A DNA stretch of 64,000 bases from an uncultured Spirochaetota bacterium (lineage in GTDB: Bacteria > Spirochaetota > UBA4802 > UBA5550), in NCBI GenBank assembly GCA_963827275.1, contig CAWHAA010000008.1, positions 1-64,000 on the forward strand, in the 5' to 3' direction. Made by a program: the position numbers and the translations under genes. Of the stretch, positions 61,809-64,000 are shown in pieces. Position 1 is the stretch's first letter, and every line of letters starts with the position of its first letter. The notes beneath the pieces were generated by a model. That model was given only the letters and a program-made list of their open reading frames with translations. It had not been told where the DNA came from and did no database searches.

Positions 61809-62283
61809 TTACTCCGGGTTCCCGTAATTATTGAACAGGAGGAACCGCCTCGCGAAGAAATTCCACAGGGAAACAAGAATGCCGGCGGCGATTTTCGAAG
61901 AGTAGATAGTGGAACCCCGTCCCCTCCGTGAACAGGAACATCAGAAGCTCGGTCAGCCCGAGCCCGATGAACCCGATTATTATGAAGACCGCGTATTCCG
62001 GCATGCTTTCATACCTGGGGATGTACGCGTTGAATACTATTCTTTTGCAAAGAAAATAATTTACCGTGGTGCCGGTTATGAAGGCAATTGCCGCAGAAAC
62101 AAGATACTGGAGCCCGAGCTCGGTGAAGATGAATAGCAGCAGATAGTCAACCGCGAAAGCGGCGATCCCGGCCAGGGGATTTCTCGCGAACTGGATGACG
62201 ATGTTGTCGGTTGGCCGCCTGAATACGCCGTCCCAGTCGCTGTCCCGTATCAGTCTTCCCAGCTCTCTGAATGTATCTCTCAT
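61809..62283 (-). CDS. GtrA-family membrane protein with +1 frameshift near 61899
   Basis: QF.R...G..AF.VDY, YLVS..IAF, NYFL....VF. Removing one T after ...HYLL restores SKIAAGILVSLWNFFARRFLLF, a typical GtrA last helix. Confidence 0.8.
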
Positions 62284-62447
62284 CGCATGTATCACCGCCG
62301 CAGGGATTGCAAAGCCTTGCATGCGGGACGTACCCTGTCAATAGTTTAACGTTTACATGCTTGGAGCGTGTCATTCCTCTAACTATGAACATCCGGCAGA
62401 TTGATAACCGGGGTTTACTCCAAAATAGCTGGTTGTTTCACCTGCTT

Positions 62448-62467
62448 ATTAGAATGATAATTCTAAT
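62448..62467. promoter_or_regulatory. AT-rich palindrome upstream of the RND gene
   Basis: ATTAGAAT-GATA-ATTCTAAT. Confidence 0.45.
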
Positions 62468-62505
62468 TTACAAACACTTTCTGAGTAATTCTTTTTTTAT
62501 TATGC

Positions 62506-62554
62506 TTGTATGAATGGCAATATAATTATATAATTTATTACAGACCGTCTGCAA
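62506..62554 (+). promoter_or_regulatory. Sigma70 promoter with downstream palindrome (candidate TetR-type operator)
   Basis: TTGTAT(62506-62511)-N17-TATAAT(62529-62534), then TTACAGAC-C-GTCTGCAA at about the transcription start. Confidence 0.6.
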
Positions 62555-62581
62555 ACAAGTGATTCATGGAGAGTGGAAATT

Positions 62582-64000
62582 ATGAGGAACCTTGTTGGAT
62601 TTTTTATAAACAGGCCCATGTTAATCAACATTATTGTGTTAGCGATAATCGCGCTTGGAGTTAAAAGTGCAACAGAGATTCGCAAAGAAGGCTTTCCGGA
62701 AATTTCAATGAATAAAATTATTATACAAACAATATATCCGGGCTCCTCGGCTGGTGATGTTGAATTAAACGTTACGGTTCCAATAGAAGATGCACTTGAG
62801 GAAATCGAGGGGATAAAGGAAATATTATCTGTTTCGGAGGAGGGAGTTTCAAGAATTGAAATACAAGCGGACGACAACGCTTCTCCAGAAGAATTCAGGA
62901 AGCTCTATAACGATGCTGAAAGCGCGCTTGCGTCAATAAGCGATCTGCCGAAAGATATTGAAGGGAAACCCTCAATCCAGGAATTCACATCATCAGATGT
63001 TCCCGTAATGGAGATTTCCTATACTGGGGAATATAAAATTCTTAAACCTTATATAGACCGTCTTGAATTGAAGCTAAAAAAATTATCAGGGGTGTCCAAC
63101 GTTACAACAATTGGAATTCCTGATGAAGAAGTTCAAATTCTGGTGGATCCTGTCCGAGCCCGTGAACAAAAAATAGATTTGAAGATGATATTACGGGCCA
63201 TACAGAAAAGAAACCTTGAGGGCTCTGGCGGTACACTTGAATCATTTATCGGTGAAAAGAAAATTGTTTTTTTAAGCAAATTTGACCGTTATCAAGATGT
63301 CCTGGATACAAATATAATTATGAATAATGAGGGCTTCGGTACAAAACTAAAACAAATAGCGAACCTGAAAGTCATTCCCAAAGAGAGTAACCTTATTGTC
63401 AGAAACAATGGGGACAGAGGGGCAACTATTTCTATTAAAAAAACCGGATCAAGCGATCTTATTAAAACAGTTGATGGTATCAACAGTTTTCTTGAAAAGG
63501 AAACCCTTCCAGATGGAGTTGTATGCAAGGTGCTTTTCGACCAGTCGAGACTTACAAGAGACAGAATCAGTCTCCTCGCGGGGAACGCAGTTCTCGGTTT
63601 TATTCTTGTCGTTGCCGTTCTTCTCATGATATTCAACATCAAAACAGCTGTCTGGACCGCCTTCGGCATTCCATTCACCCTTTGTGGAATGTTTATCTTT
63701 ATGAAAATTTATGGCATTTCTCTGAATCTTATATCCCTTGGCGCTTTTATCATTATTCTCGGAATGCTGGTCGACGATGCCATCGTTATAGCAGAAGAGA
63801 TAAACAGTAATAAGGAACAAGGGATGGAACCTAAAGATGCGGCCGTTGAAGCTGTAAAAAAAATGTGGGTTCCAGTAGCTGCTTCTTCTCTTACAACCAT
63901 GGTGGCATTTTCTCCGTTATTTTCTCTCGGTGGCTTCCCCGGTAAATTTATATGGGCAATTCCTCTGATGGTGATTGTTGGTCTTTTAATATCACTTTTT
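62582..64000 (+). CDS. RND efflux permease (AcrB/CzcA family), 3'-truncated by window edge and absent from the ORF track
   Basis: Translated by hand: MRNLVGFFINRPMLINIIV...EGFPEI...TIYPGSSAGDVELNVTVPIEDAL, SVSEEGVS, GIPFTL, LNLISL, GMLVDDAIVIAE, SSLTTMVAFSPL. Confidence 0.93.
   Translation, partial: MRNLVGFFINRPMLINIIVLAIIALGVKSATEIRKEGFPEISMNKIIIQTIYPGSSAGDVELNVTVPIEDALEEIEGIKEILSVSEEGVSRIEIQADDNASPEEFRKLYNDAESALASISDLPKDIEGKPSIQEFTSSDVPVMEISYTGEYKILKPYIDRLELKLKKLSGVSNVTTIGIPDEEVQILVDPVRAREQKIDLKMILRAIQKRNLEGSGGTLESFIGEKKIVFLSKFDRYQDVLDTNIIMNNEGFGTKLKQIANLKVIPKESNLIVRNNGDRGATISIKKTGSSDLIKTVDGINSFLEKETLPDGVVCKVLFDQSRLTRDRISLLAGNAVLGFILVVAVLLMIFNIKTAVWTAFGIPFTLCGMFIFMKIYGISLNLISLGAFIIILGMLVDDAIVIAEEINSNKEQGMEPKDAAVEAVKKMWVPVAASSLTTMVAFSPLFSLGGFPGKFIWAIPLMVIVGLLISLF

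Noticed and set aside
60879..61931. 350-aa plus-strand ORF following recX
   Set aside because: Lies antisense to a clearly conserved ATPase; no domain signal.

Overview
A GC-rich (roughly 55-62% by eye), gene-dense bacterial chromosomal segment. By inference it comes from a Spirochaetota organism related to the Leptospira lineage: it has LipL71- and LipL46-like lipoproteins, a spirochete-type coiled-coil protein, an L34 with a C-terminal extension and a TPR/Mrr-like protein. Housekeeping genes include smpB, purE-guaA, ribF, rpmH-rnpA-yidD-yidC-jag-mnmE, nadK-recN, rplM-rpsI-recX and ybaK. Other loci are a cheD-HDOD-Zn-ribbon-methyltransferase run, a 7TM-DISM/GAF/AraC regulator, a surface-polysaccharide locus (gmd, rmd-like, MBOAT plus SGNH-like partner, three GT4s, IspD/TarI-like, SDR), a divergent chorismate synthase, a trpR-trpB2 pair with candidate operators, a ccmABCDEF operon, and an abruptly AT-rich right end encoding an RND permease. 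Four apparent single-base insertions split three genes (the 7TM-AraC regulator, trpB2 twice, and gtrA) and are most likely assembly errors. I recognised no tRNA, rRNA, CRISPR array or IS element. All family assignments come from recalled motifs, not database searches.
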